64,000 nt of DNA from an uncultured Arcobacter sp. GTDB taxonomy: Bacteria; Campylobacterota; Campylobacteria; Campylobacterales; Arcobacteraceae. A program made the translations under genes and the position numbers. Position 1 is the first letter of the stretch. Each line of letters starts with the position of its first letter. The stretch covers positions 320,001-384,000 of the forward strand of contig OZ223302.1 in the NCBI GenBank assembly GCA_965140705.1. Direction: 5' to 3'. Below, piece by piece: positions 10,786 to 20,108 of the stretch. The notes under the pieces are model-generated. The model saw only the letters and a program-made list of their open reading frames with translations, did no database searches and was not told the origin of the DNA.

Positions 10786-10861
10786 CATTTTTGATTTGTA
10801 TAGATTTCAAACTTTTACTTATTTAAATTTACAAATAATAGTTTGAACTGTAAGGATTTCT

Positions 10862-11088
10862 TTCTGCCTTTGATGAAGCTAAAATTTTAGGCTTTTTTTT
10901 CGGAGAACAGTGAGGACTGTTTGAGTAAATAATGACCTAAATGGTCATTATTTAGGAGTTCCGCAACGCAGAAAAAAAAGACTGAAATTTTAGGAAGCTT
11001 TGCCTTCATCAACTCGGCAGTCTTTTTTGCTTACTTTTTCGAGATCAAAAAGTAAGAAAGCGGAAACCTTTAGGTTTTCAAGAGAGAA
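10862..11088 (-). repeat. Structured intergenic element, divergent copy B (inverted relative to A)
   Basis: Reverse complement begins tctctcttgaaaacctaaaggtttccgctt, 28/30 identical to 37181-37210. Same hairpin order and aactc...attta...actcaRacagt motifs. Confidence 0.8.
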
Positions 11089-11098
11089 TATAAAAATA

Positions 11099-12160
11099 TT
11101 ATAACACTACTACTTTATTTCTCCCCTCTTCTTTAGCCCTATATAAAGCCTTATCTGCCCTTGATATTAAACTTTTTATAGTATCCCCTTCACAATAAAG
11201 AGTGATACCAAAACTTGCTGTTTTATTACCTACAATAGAAAAACTATTATTTTCAATTATATATCTTAACTCCTCTGCAAGTTTTTTTATACCTTCTATA
11301 TCCGTTTGGGGACAAATAATTACAAACTCTTCTCCACCCCAACGTCCAACTATATCTGTTACTCTTGTTTTTGTTTTTAATATGGTTGCAAACTCTTCAA
11401 GTACTTTATCTCCTACATTATGTCCATATATATCATTAGTAGATTTAAAATGATCAATATCCATTATAATCACTCCAAAAATATGATTAAATCTACTTGC
11501 CCTATTGATTTCACTCTCCAAAAAATCGTTAAGTTTTCCACGGTTGAGAAGTTTAGTTAAGACATCTGTAGAAGCTAGCTTTTCAAGTTTTTTATTTGAT
11601 ATTTCAAGTTCTTTAGTTCGCTCTTTTACAATATTTTCCAACTCCTCATTTATACTCTTAAACGTCATGATTTCATAATACCTATAAAAATAAAGAAGAT
11701 AAGATACCATTAAATAAGCTACACAAAAAAATAAAAATGAATATTTATTATAAGGAAGTAAAAATAGTGTAAATATTGATATAAAAATACTAAGTAGCAC
11801 AATAGACCATAATATCCCTTCTTTAGGACCTCGTATAGAAAATGAAGCTATGGGATAAAGTAAAACAAAAACCATACTATTAATCTCTTGATTTCCATCT
11901 AAAAATCCAATAATAAATAAAATACTAATAGTAATCATAAAAAATCTAGAATTATATATATATTTATTAGCTTTCTTACTATTAATAAATAAATATACCA
12001 TTAGTACTGAAAAAATATTTAATGAAATAGCTAAGTAGTTTATACCCATTTTGTAATATATTGGTGATAATAATACAGAAGTTACAAATCCTATAAGAAG
12101 ATACTTTTTTAAAAGTTCATTTCTATATTTATATTGGTCAAACAAATTATTTCCTAGCAT
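11099..12160 (-). CDS. Membrane-bound diguanylate cyclase (GGDEF)
   Basis: N-terminal TM helices; D.LT.L.NR, DIDHFK, RWGGEEF, ADKALY.AK..GRN. Confidence 0.92.
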   Translation of the reverse strand: MLGNNLFDQYKYRNELLKKYLLIGFVTSVLLSPIYYKMGINYLAISLNIFSVLMVYLFINSKKANKYIYNSRFFMITISILFIIGFLDGNQEINSMVFVLLYPIASFSIRGPKEGILWSIVLLSIFISIFTLFLLPYNKYSFLFFCVAYLMVSYLLYFYRYYEIMTFKSINEELENIVKERTKELEISNKKLEKLASTDVLTKLLNRGKLNDFLESEINRASRFNHIFGVIIMDIDHFKSTNDIYGHNVGDKVLEEFATILKTKTRVTDIVGRWGGEEFVIICPQTDIEGIKKLAEELRYIIENNSFSIVGNKTASFGITLYCEGDTIKSLISRADKALYRAKEEGRNKVVVL

Positions 12161-12290
12161 AAATTTTCACAAAATTTAGTTAGTTTATCAAAATAAATAT
12201 AAATATATTTAGAATTTTTTAAATAGGTTTATTTTTTAAATTTATATATAAAAAGCTTGAAGAGAGTTGTTTTAGATTTTAAACTTGCCG

Positions 12291-12824
12291 CTAATTACTA
12301 CTATTTAACTCAGTCAATATAGTTTTTAACTCATGAACTAATACTTTATCAGTTACCATACCCTTATCATTAATCTTTTTATTCACCATTGGTACAGTTA
12401 AAATCAAATTTTCATTTATAGTTCCTGTTAAAACTTTTATCAAGTTCACAAGAACTGTATTTGCTTTATCTCCACCCATAGCTGAAGTTGAAGCACTGAT
12501 TACTGCTACTGGTTTATTTACAATATCAGTACTTGAGACTAACCAATCAAGAGCATTTTTTAAAACACCAGATATTTCAAAGGCATACTCAGGAGTACTA
12601 ATTATTATTGCATCATGTGTTGCGATATTTTTTCTTAACTCTTTAATTAATTGTGGTGAATCATCTTTTTGTAATGTATGATTATCAATATCAGGGTTAA
12701 AAAATGGAAGTTTCCCCAAATCTTTATATATATTTATATTTGAATCTATATCTTTTAGAGCATGAAGTATTGCTGTGTTATATGATTTTTCTCTAAGAGA
12801 ACCAGATATTGCTAAAATTTTCAT
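12291..12824 (-). CDS. NADPH-dependent FMN reductase
   Basis: ISGSLR..SYN, TPEY, LKNALDW. Confidence 0.9.
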   Translation of the reverse strand: MKILAISGSLREKSYNTAILHALKDIDSNINIYKDLGKLPFFNPDIDNHTLQKDDSPQLIKELRKNIATHDAIIISTPEYAFEISGVLKNALDWLVSSTDIVNKPVAVISASTSAMGGDKANTVLVNLIKVLTGTINENLILTVPMVNKKINDKGMVTDKVLVHELKTILTELNSSN

Positions 12825-13174
12825 TTTAAATCCTCACTTATTGTTTCTCCAAAAGTTTTTGCATATGTTTGTGACCAAATCAATATCTCATCAATTACAG
12901 GTTTTAAATTATTCCCATATTCAGTTAATGAATATTCTACTTTTGGTGGAACATCAGCAAATGCTTTTCTATGGATAAGGTTTAATTGTTCCAACTCTTT
13001 TAATTTTATTGTTAATGTTTTTTTCGTAATAGGTTGTAGATATTCAAAAAGTTCTTTAAATCTAAGGGTACTATTTTTTAAATACCAAATAATCATAAGT
13101 TTTAATCTATCATTAAATATATCAAAAAATATTTCTGAGGATGAACTATATTCTTTATTATTAAATTTTATCAT
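12821..13174 (-). CDS. HxlR-family transcriptional regulator
   Basis: LRFKEL, LKELE, VPPKVEYSLT. Confidence 0.9.
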   Translation of the reverse strand: MIKFNNKEYSSSSEIFFDIFNDRLKLMIIWYLKNSTLRFKELFEYLQPITKKTLTIKLKELEQLNLIHRKAFADVPPKVEYSLTEYGNNLKPVIDEILIWSQTYAKTFGETISEDLK

Positions 13175-13235
13175 AAAAAAATTATAACTATAAGTTTATT
13201 TAAATACCCTTAGTATATTTTAGTAAACTTTTATT

Positions 13236-14063
13236 TTATACTAAAGGAATATAAATCTCCGTTCTTAAATCCTCAGGTTTACAAGTAATTGGATTCTTAT
13301 TCAAGTACTTTTCAACAATAGGCAAATCCCTTAATTCAACACCACTTTGAACAATCCAATCAGATACACCATCATAAGTATTGATTAGTTCTTTATAGTC
13401 ACCCTTATGTAAAAATACAGCGTATTTCCCACCATCGATTATTTTACTTTGAATCTCACCTTTTGGCTGAATTGTTTTATCCACCCATGAAAGACAAGCA
13501 TCATATCTTAGTTTATTGGCATCTGTTATATGTGGATTATCATGCCCTATTCCAAACATCATTACATCATCTCTTATAAAATACTCTGTGCCCACAAAGT
13601 TTATAAGAGTTTCCCATGCTTCAATACTACATTTTGTATATTCACCTGTTTTTCTTACATACAAGATCTCTATATCTTCTAGCTTTACTATTTTTGGCTC
13701 TAACATCTTATTTCCTCTTTTTAATTTTGCATTTTTTGCAAACTCTTTGGGAGTTATTCCAAAATGCTTTTTAAAAGCTTTTGAAAAAGAAGCATTGGTT
13801 TCATAACCACTATTCATGGCTATTTGAGTGATTTTCTGATTTGTTTTAAACTGCAAAGTAGTACTTTGAAGTCTCACTCTTCTAATATAATCAACCATAC
13901 TCTCACCAACAATTGATTTAAAAATACGGTGAAAATGATACTTAGAAAAGCTGGCAATCTTTGATAACTCATCAAGGGTTAAATCACTATTATAATTTTG
14001 CTCAATATATAAAATTACTCTACATACACTTTGAACATAATCATCTTTTGTACTCTTACTCAT
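13236..14063 (-). CDS. AraC-family regulator with GyrI-like effector domain
   Basis: FSKYHFHRIFK, FSKAFKK.FG.TP; C-terminal LRYDAC, GGKYAVF.HKG.Y, TEIYIP. Confidence 0.9.
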   Translation of the reverse strand: MSKSTKDDYVQSVCRVILYIEQNYNSDLTLDELSKIASFSKYHFHRIFKSIVGESMVDYIRRVRLQSTTLQFKTNQKITQIAMNSGYETNASFSKAFKKHFGITPKEFAKNAKLKRGNKMLEPKIVKLEDIEILYVRKTGEYTKCSIEAWETLINFVGTEYFIRDDVMMFGIGHDNPHITDANKLRYDACLSWVDKTIQPKGEIQSKIIDGGKYAVFLHKGDYKELINTYDGVSDWIVQSGVELRDLPIVEKYLNKNPITCKPEDLRTEIYIPLV

Positions 14064-14261
14064 CCGCTCTCTTTCAAACTCTTTTATGTGGAAATTGTAT
14101 TAAGATTTAGAAATTAAAACTACTCCAAGATTGCTATTATATTCTATAACTTCTAAAATAAAAAGGAAAGGAAAGTCTCTTTGGAAACTAGATTTAAAGA
14201 TAGTTTTGTGCCTAATCTTAGAGTATTAAGATTAGGCATATTAGAATATTAAATTCTATTT

Positions 14262-15176
14262 TTAGTTTTTTTCTTCTTGTTTTGCCCAAAAAGAAGCAAT
14301 AAGTGATCCTGAGATATTATGCCAAATACTAAAAATAGCACCTGGTAAGGCACTTAAAGGAGTAAAATACTTACTAGCAAGGGCAACTGCTAGACCTGAA
14401 TTTTGCATTCCTACTTCTATGGCAACAGTTTTACACTCTTTTTTATTATATCCAAATAGTTTTGCTGTATAGAAACCACCAACTAATCCTGTTAAATTAT
14501 GTAGCATAATTCCAACTAACAAATATAACCCTATAGTATCAATTCTTGAATGATTTAATCCAACAACTATCGCAATAATAAAAACAATTGAAACTATTGA
14601 TAAAACAGCAAAAATATCATTATTTTTATCAATAAACTTATGGAAAATATAATTTACAATAACACCTAAAACAACTGGTGCTAAAACTATTTTTAATATA
14701 CTTAATAACATACTTAAAGCAGGTACTGGTACAGTTTGACCAACATAAAGCAAGGTTAAATAAGGTGTAACTACAATAGATAAGAGTGTAGAAACTATTG
14801 TCATAGTGATTGATAAAGCAACATCTGCTTTTGCCAAATAAGAAATTACATTTGATGCTGTTCCCCCAGAAACTGCTCCAACTAATATCATTCCAACTAA
14901 AAGTTCTGTTGAAAAACCAAATACTTTTGAGATAACAAAAGCAGCTAGTGGCATTAATAAAAACTGTAAAACAACCGTCATAGCTATAATTTTAGGTTTT
15001 TTAACAACCCTTTTAAAGTCTTCAACTTTTAAAGTAACTCCCATACAAAACATTATTAAAACAAGTAAAGGAACTATCCAACTTTTAAAATCAACAACCA
15101 TACTTGATTCATAATATGCAAAAATTGATGCTAATATCGCCCATAAAGGGAAAAGAAATGTAAATTTTTTTATCAT
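14262..15176 (-). CDS. Bile acid:sodium symporter (BASS, PanS-like), paralog 2
   Basis: MFCMG.TL, GGTASNV, IEVGMQNSGLA, WHNISGS. Start moved to ATG 15176, which has an AAGGA RBS and matches the paralog start. Confidence 0.9.
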   Translation of the reverse strand: MIKKFTFLFPLWAILASIFAYYESSMVVDFKSWIVPLLVLIMFCMGVTLKVEDFKRVVKKPKIIAMTVVLQFLLMPLAAFVISKVFGFSTELLVGMILVGAVSGGTASNVISYLAKADVALSITMTIVSTLLSIVVTPYLTLLYVGQTVPVPALSMLLSILKIVLAPVVLGVIVNYIFHKFIDKNNDIFAVLSIVSIVFIIAIVVGLNHSRIDTIGLYLLVGIMLHNLTGLVGGFYTAKLFGYNKKECKTVAIEVGMQNSGLAVALASKYFTPLSALPGAIFSIWHNISGSLIASFWAKQEEKN

Positions 15177-15248
15177 TATTATCCTTTTGAAAAAGTTTGT
15201 TATTCTACTCAAAAAGTATTAAAATAATTTAAATACAAATAAATACTT

Positions 15249-16160
15249 TTATTCTTGTTCTTGTTTTGACCAAATACCTGCAAGAATAGAGCCTGAAATA
15301 TTATGCCAAATACTAAATATAGCCCCAGGAAGTGCACTTAAAGCAGAAAAATACTTCATAGCTAAAACAACAGCTAAACCAGAGTTTTGCATACCAACTT
15401 CTATAGCTACTGTTTTACATACAGTTTTATCATAACCAAATATTTTCGCAAAATAATATCCAGTTATTAGTCCCAAAAGATTATGGCAAATTATTGCCAA
15501 CATCAATGATAAGGCGATAGTAGAGATTTTACTCTCATTTATACCTATTATAATTCCTATAATAAATACAATAGAAATAATAGATAAAAGGGCAAAGATA
15601 TCATGTCTTTTCTCAATATATTTATTAAAAATTTGATTTAATATAAGCCCTACAATTACAGGTACAAATACTATTTTTAAGATACTAAGAAGCATACTAA
15701 GAGCTGGTACTGGTACTGTTTGTCCCACATAAAGAAGTGTTAAATATGGAGTAATAATTATTGATAAAAGAGTTGATACAATTGTCATGGTAATAGAGAG
15801 TGCCACATCAGCTTTTGCCAAAAATGCTATTACATTTGAAGCAGTTCCACCTGAAACTGCTCCTACAAGTACCATTCCCACAAGTAATTCATCGGATAAA
15901 TTAAATACCTTAGATACTATAAAAGCAAATAAAGGCATAAATAAAAACTGCAACACCACAGTCAAGGCTATGATTTTGGGTCTTTTAAATACCCTTTTAA
16001 AATCATCAATTTTTAAAGTAATCCCCATACAAAACATAATAAGAATCAAAAGTGGAATAATCCAAGATTTAAAACCAACCACTAAACTTGGTTGAGAATA
16101 TGCAAGGAGAGAAAATAGTACTGCCCATAAGGGAAACAGTATAGAAATCTTTTTTATCAT
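15249..16160 (-). CDS. Bile acid:sodium symporter (BASS, PanS-like), paralog 1
   Basis: Same motifs as its neighbour; tandem duplicate. Confidence 0.9.
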   Translation of the reverse strand: MIKKISILFPLWAVLFSLLAYSQPSLVVGFKSWIIPLLILIMFCMGITLKIDDFKRVFKRPKIIALTVVLQFLFMPLFAFIVSKVFNLSDELLVGMVLVGAVSGGTASNVIAFLAKADVALSITMTIVSTLLSIIITPYLTLLYVGQTVPVPALSMLLSILKIVFVPVIVGLILNQIFNKYIEKRHDIFALLSIISIVFIIGIIIGINESKISTIALSLMLAIICHNLLGLITGYYFAKIFGYDKTVCKTVAIEVGMQNSGLAVVLAMKYFSALSALPGAIFSIWHNISGSILAGIWSKQEQE

Positions 16161-16214
16161 AAGCTATCCAATAGTTTTTCTTATTCTACAAAAATAGGTT
16201 TAAATTTACTTGTA

Positions 16215-16760
16215 TTAATCAGAAACTATTTCTGAACAACTTACCATCTTCGCATAAGTACCTTCAAGTGCTGCCATAAAAGAGTTATGTACTGATTTTG
16301 CAGGAACAACTTCCCCTAAAAATTCTAAATCTCTTGTCGTACAAGCATCATGCACAACTGTACAACCATATCCCATATCACTTGCAGCTCTAGTTGTGGC
16401 ATCCACACACATGTGACTCATCATCCCACATATTACTAACTCTTTTATTTCTCGTATTTTTAACTCATACTCTAAAGATGTATCTAAAAAACTATTTGGA
16501 AAGTTTTTTTCTATAATAGGCTCATCTTCACGCGGATTTAGATTTTCATGTATTTTCATTCCATATGTATCTGGTAAAAAGAATGTTGCTCCTTCATATA
16601 AACTTGTATGTTGTACATGAAGTACTGGCATATTTTTCTCTCTAAAATATTCTAATAACTCTTTTGCTTTTAAACTTGCCTCTTGTGCACCTACTAATTC
16701 GCAAGCTCCACCTTCAAAATAATCATTTTGAATATCTATAATTAACAATGCTGTACTCAT
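16215..16760 (-). CDS. Cysteine hydrolase (isochorismatase family)
   Basis: ALLIIDIQNDYF, K..PNSF, GMMSHMCVDAT.R. Confidence 0.9.
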   Translation of the reverse strand: MSTALLIIDIQNDYFEGGACELVGAQEASLKAKELLEYFREKNMPVLHVQHTSLYEGATFFLPDTYGMKIHENLNPREDEPIIEKNFPNSFLDTSLEYELKIREIKELVICGMMSHMCVDATTRAASDMGYGCTVVHDACTTRDLEFLGEVVPAKSVHNSFMAALEGTYAKMVSCSEIVSD

Positions 16761-16770
16761 CTTTTCTCCT

Positions 16771-17700
16771 TTATTTATTTAAAAAGTCTTTTATATTTTG
16801 TGCAACTTTTTTCATAAGTCTATTTCTTGATTCACTTGAGCCCCAACCAATATGCGGTGTTAAAAGTAGCCTTTCTTTATTTACAACTTTTAATAATGGA
16901 TTAGTACGCTCAATTGGTTCTTTTGCAAATACATCAATACCACAATAGATTTTTTCTTCATCTATAATTTTAGCTAAATCATCTTCATTTATAATTCCAC
17001 CACGACCAAGATTTAATAAAATAGCACCTTCTTTTATATTTTTCATATTCTCATAAGTCAATAGATTTCTTGTATCTTCATTTAAAGGAGCATGAACAGA
17101 TATAATATCGCAACTTTGTAAAAGCTCATCTAGCTCGACTCTTTTGTAGTTTGAATTAGAGTTTTTTCCACTAGTTGAATAATAAACAACTTCACAACCA
17201 AAAGCCTCTGCTTTTTTTGCTAAGTCAACTCCAATATCACCAAAGCCTATAATCCCTACTCTTTTTTTGTCCAATTCAAAAAAGATATCATCTGCATCAT
17301 TGAAAGCTGGTACTTTTCCCCAATTTCCATTATTAAGATACTCTTGATAATGATTTAATTTTTGAATAAAATAAAATATCATCCCAAAAGTAACTTGAAC
17401 TACACTAGAAGTAGAATATCCAGCTACATTTTTTACTTCTATATTTTTACTTTTTGCATACTCTATATCAATATTATCCGTTCCCGTTGCAGTGATACAA
17501 ATAAGTTTTATAGAAGAATCATCCATTTGTTCTTTTCCCAAAACTACTTTATTTGTAATAACTATATCTGCATCTTTTGTTCTCTCTTTTGACTCTTCTT
17601 CACTTGTTGTAGCATAAGATACAACTTCCCCAAACTCTTTAAAAATATCTATATTTATATCTGATCCTAATGTTGCTCTATCTAAAATAACTATTTTCAT
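16771..17700 (-). CDS. D-2-hydroxyacid dehydrogenase (glycerate dehydrogenase-like)
   Basis: ATGTDNID, GIIGFGDIG, NLGRGG, TPHIGW. Confidence 0.9.
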   Translation of the reverse strand: MKIVILDRATLGSDINIDIFKEFGEVVSYATTSEEESKERTKDADIVITNKVVLGKEQMDDSSIKLICITATGTDNIDIEYAKSKNIEVKNVAGYSTSSVVQVTFGMIFYFIQKLNHYQEYLNNGNWGKVPAFNDADDIFFELDKKRVGIIGFGDIGVDLAKKAEAFGCEVVYYSTSGKNSNSNYKRVELDELLQSCDIISVHAPLNEDTRNLLTYENMKNIKEGAILLNLGRGGIINEDDLAKIIDEEKIYCGIDVFAKEPIERTNPLLKVVNKERLLLTPHIGWGSSESRNRLMKKVAQNIKDFLNK

Positions 17701-18572
17701 TTTATTCCTTTCTTCTTTTTATTTATTAATACTATTCCAATTATTATAGTAAATATTCCTATGATTTCGCTAAATTCTATTTTGTCACCCAATAAAAAAT
17801 ATGAAACAATAGCAGCACTAACTGGTACCAAATAAAAAATAGAAGATACTTTTGATACCTCTCCATTTTTTATCATAATATATAAAAGTGACAAGGCACC
17901 AATACTCACTCCAACTGTCATATAAAGTAAAGCAATACTAAAATGAATATTCCAATTTATATGAGAATCTTCAAACAATAAAAATGGCAAAACTAAAATT
18001 GTGGAACTAAAAGTCTGTATTGCACCACCAGAATAAAGATTCATATGAGAGCAATACTTTTTTTGATACAAACTTCCAATACTAAGACCCAATAATGAAA
18101 TAAAAGCCCAAAACAGACCAAGAGCTGAAAAGGAAGTTTCAAGTTTTGAAAAAACCACAAAACCTACTCCCACAAATCCTATTATTAGTCCTGCCCAAAC
18201 TCTTATGTTAATATCTTCATTTAATAATTTTAAGGCTAAAACAGTTACAACAATTGGTTGCAAAGCTATTATCAAAGCATTTGTTGCCCCAGATATACCA
18301 TAACTAACGGCTAAAAATCCTCCTATTGAAAATGTTCCAACAGTTAAACTTCCAGCAATGACTATATGGAAAACTTCTTTTTTAGTTTTTGGCATTGGTA
18401 GTTTAAATATAATAGTAATCAAAAATAAGATACAAAAAGCAATAAAAAACCGTACTTCTAAAAATGCCATTGGAGATGCATTTTGTAAACCATATTCACA
18501 AAAAATAAATCCACTTCCATATAAAAACATAAAAAAAAATGGCAAAATAGATTTTTGTATATAAAATCTCAC
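17697..18572 (-). CDS. EamA/DMT transporter, paralog 2
   Basis: About 10 TM helices; LQP, GSLYQKK, VSKVSSIFYL.P. Confidence 0.88.
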   Translation of the reverse strand: MRFYIQKSILPFFFMFLYGSGFIFCEYGLQNASPMAFLEVRFFIAFCILFLITIIFKLPMPKTKKEVFHIVIAGSLTVGTFSIGGFLAVSYGISGATNALIIALQPIVVTVLALKLLNEDINIRVWAGLIIGFVGVGFVVFSKLETSFSALGLFWAFISLLGLSIGSLYQKKYCSHMNLYSGGAIQTFSSTILVLPFLLFEDSHINWNIHFSIALLYMTVGVSIGALSLLYIMIKNGEVSKVSSIFYLVPVSAAIVSYFLLGDKIEFSEIIGIFTIIIGIVLINKKKKGIK

Positions 18573-18574
18573 AC

Positions 18575-19468
18575 TTATCCTTTATTTACTATAGCTTGAA
18601 CTTGCTGTTTTTTATTAATTAAATTCATAGCAATAAGTACAATAACAATTCCTACAAACACATTTAACTCTAAATCTTTACTCAACACAAAATATGCAAT
18701 TATTGATGAAGAAACAGGTAAAAGATAAAACAGTGAAGATACTTTTGACACCTCTTTATGTCTAATCATATAGTACAATAAAGACATAACTCCAATACTT
18801 ACAACAACTGACATATATACTAAAGCAATAATGAATTCTGTAGTAAAATTAACTCTTATATCTTCAAAGTATAATAAAGGTAAAACAATAATTGCAGATG
18901 CAAAAGTCTGAATCACTCCTCCTGTGACCAAATTCATATTTGAGCAATATTTTTTTTGATACAAACTTCCAAAGCTTCTACCTATTAAACCTAATATAGC
19001 TAATAAAACAGCTATTAATTGATTTTTATTAATTTCTCCATCAAGCCCTAAAACAAGAGATACTCCAATAAATCCTAAAATTAATCCAACCCATGCTCTT
19101 TTACTTACATTTTCATCTAAAAATTTCATAGCAAAAAATGAAACTACAATAGGCTGTAAAGATATAATCAATGAAAAAAAAGCAGGTGATAATCCATAGT
19201 CTATTGAATTAAAACTACCTATAGAAAAAAGCCCTGAAGATAAAATTCCAGCGATACTTATATGAAAAATATCATTTAAATTTTTTGGAAATTTCATTTT
19301 AAATATAAATGCAATAAGTAACAAAATAACAAAAGCAACTATATATCGTAATTCTAGAAAAACCATACTACTAGAATATTCTAAGCCCACTTTTATACAT
19401 ACAAACCCAGAACCAGATAGTATAATAAAAACAAGTGGTACAACATAAGGTTTTACTTTTTTTAACAT
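18575..19468 (-). CDS. EamA/DMT transporter, paralog 1
   Basis: About 10 TM helices; LQP, GSLYQKKYCS, VSKVSSLFYL.P. Confidence 0.88.
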   Translation of the reverse strand: MLKKVKPYVVPLVFIILSGSGFVCIKVGLEYSSSMVFLELRYIVAFVILLLIAFIFKMKFPKNLNDIFHISIAGILSSGLFSIGSFNSIDYGLSPAFFSLIISLQPIVVSFFAMKFLDENVSKRAWVGLILGFIGVSLVLGLDGEINKNQLIAVLLAILGLIGRSFGSLYQKKYCSNMNLVTGGVIQTFASAIIVLPLLYFEDIRVNFTTEFIIALVYMSVVVSIGVMSLLYYMIRHKEVSKVSSLFYLLPVSSSIIAYFVLSKDLELNVFVGIVIVLIAMNLINKKQQVQAIVNKG

Positions 19469-19477
19469 TTTTTCTCC

Positions 19478-19534
19478 TTGACTATATAGTCAATAAGAAG
19501 TATAGCAAAGTCTTGACTATATAGTCAAGACTTT
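19478..19534 (-). promoter_or_regulatory. Sigma70 promoter with two palindromic operators TTGACTATATAGTCAA (probable TetR sites)
   Basis: Identical 16-bp palindromes at 19478-19493 and 19513-19528; the second extends to a perfect 28-bp palindrome (19507-19534). Minus strand reads TTGACT-18 nt-TATACT with an extended TG. Confidence 0.8.
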
Positions 19535-19540
19535 TGAAAC

Positions 19541-20107
19541 TTATTTTTTGAGTTTATTTAAAAAGAATTCTAATTGGAAAAGACAGTCTCGAAAAACTCG
19601 ACCATCTTGAGATTTTTTTGCAGTTCCTAAACACCCTTCAAGTGAAGCTACGATAAAAATAGACATGTTTTTTGTATCTTGGCAATCTATTTCATTCTTT
19701 AATACTGCTTTATCTAATACTTGTTTGATAATACTTTCAAAGTGAAGATATACATACTCTAAAGCCTCTTTAAAATCTTTATCTTTATAAGAGAGTTCTT
19801 GAACCAAATTATTAAGTTTGCATCCAAAATTAAAATCAAAGCCTTTTCTATCTTTTAAATAAGTTATCAATTCATCAATTATATTTTCTTCATATTTTAA
19901 TAACTTACCATATTTCATATCTATATATGAATAAATTCTCTCTTTTATAACTGCAAGAGCTAGCTCTTTTTTTGACTTAAAGAAATGGTACATACTTCCT
20001 TTATTCATATTTGCTTGTTTTAAAATTTTATCAACTGAAGTTGCATGATAGCCATTATGATAGATTTCATCATAAGCTACATCTAAAAGTTTTTCTCTAC
20101 TGTTCAT
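19541..20107 (-). CDS. TetR/AcrR-family regulator
   Basis: GYHATSVD.I......KGSMYHFFKSK.EL HTH; GC.L.NL..E. ATG at 20107 lies 1 nt after the upstream stop. Confidence 0.9.
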   Translation of the reverse strand: MNSREKLLDVAYDEIYHNGYHATSVDKILKQANMNKGSMYHFFKSKKELALAVIKERIYSYIDMKYGKLLKYEENIIDELITYLKDRKGFDFNFGCKLNNLVQELSYKDKDFKEALEYVYLHFESIIKQVLDKAVLKNEIDCQDTKNMSIFIVASLEGCLGTAKKSQDGRVFRDCLFQLEFFLNKLKK

Positions 20108-20108
20108 T

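Noticed and set aside
10531..11088. CRISPR array, tRNA or riboswitch in the long intergenic region
   Set aside because: No regularly spaced direct repeats and no cloverleaf. The elements lie downstream of convergent genes, not in a 5' leader, and match no riboswitch consensus I recognise.
14209..14238. Hairpin tgcctaatctta-gagtat-taagattaggca as a repeat-family member
   Set aside because: Single occurrence right after a gene; most simply a terminator or stabilising hairpin
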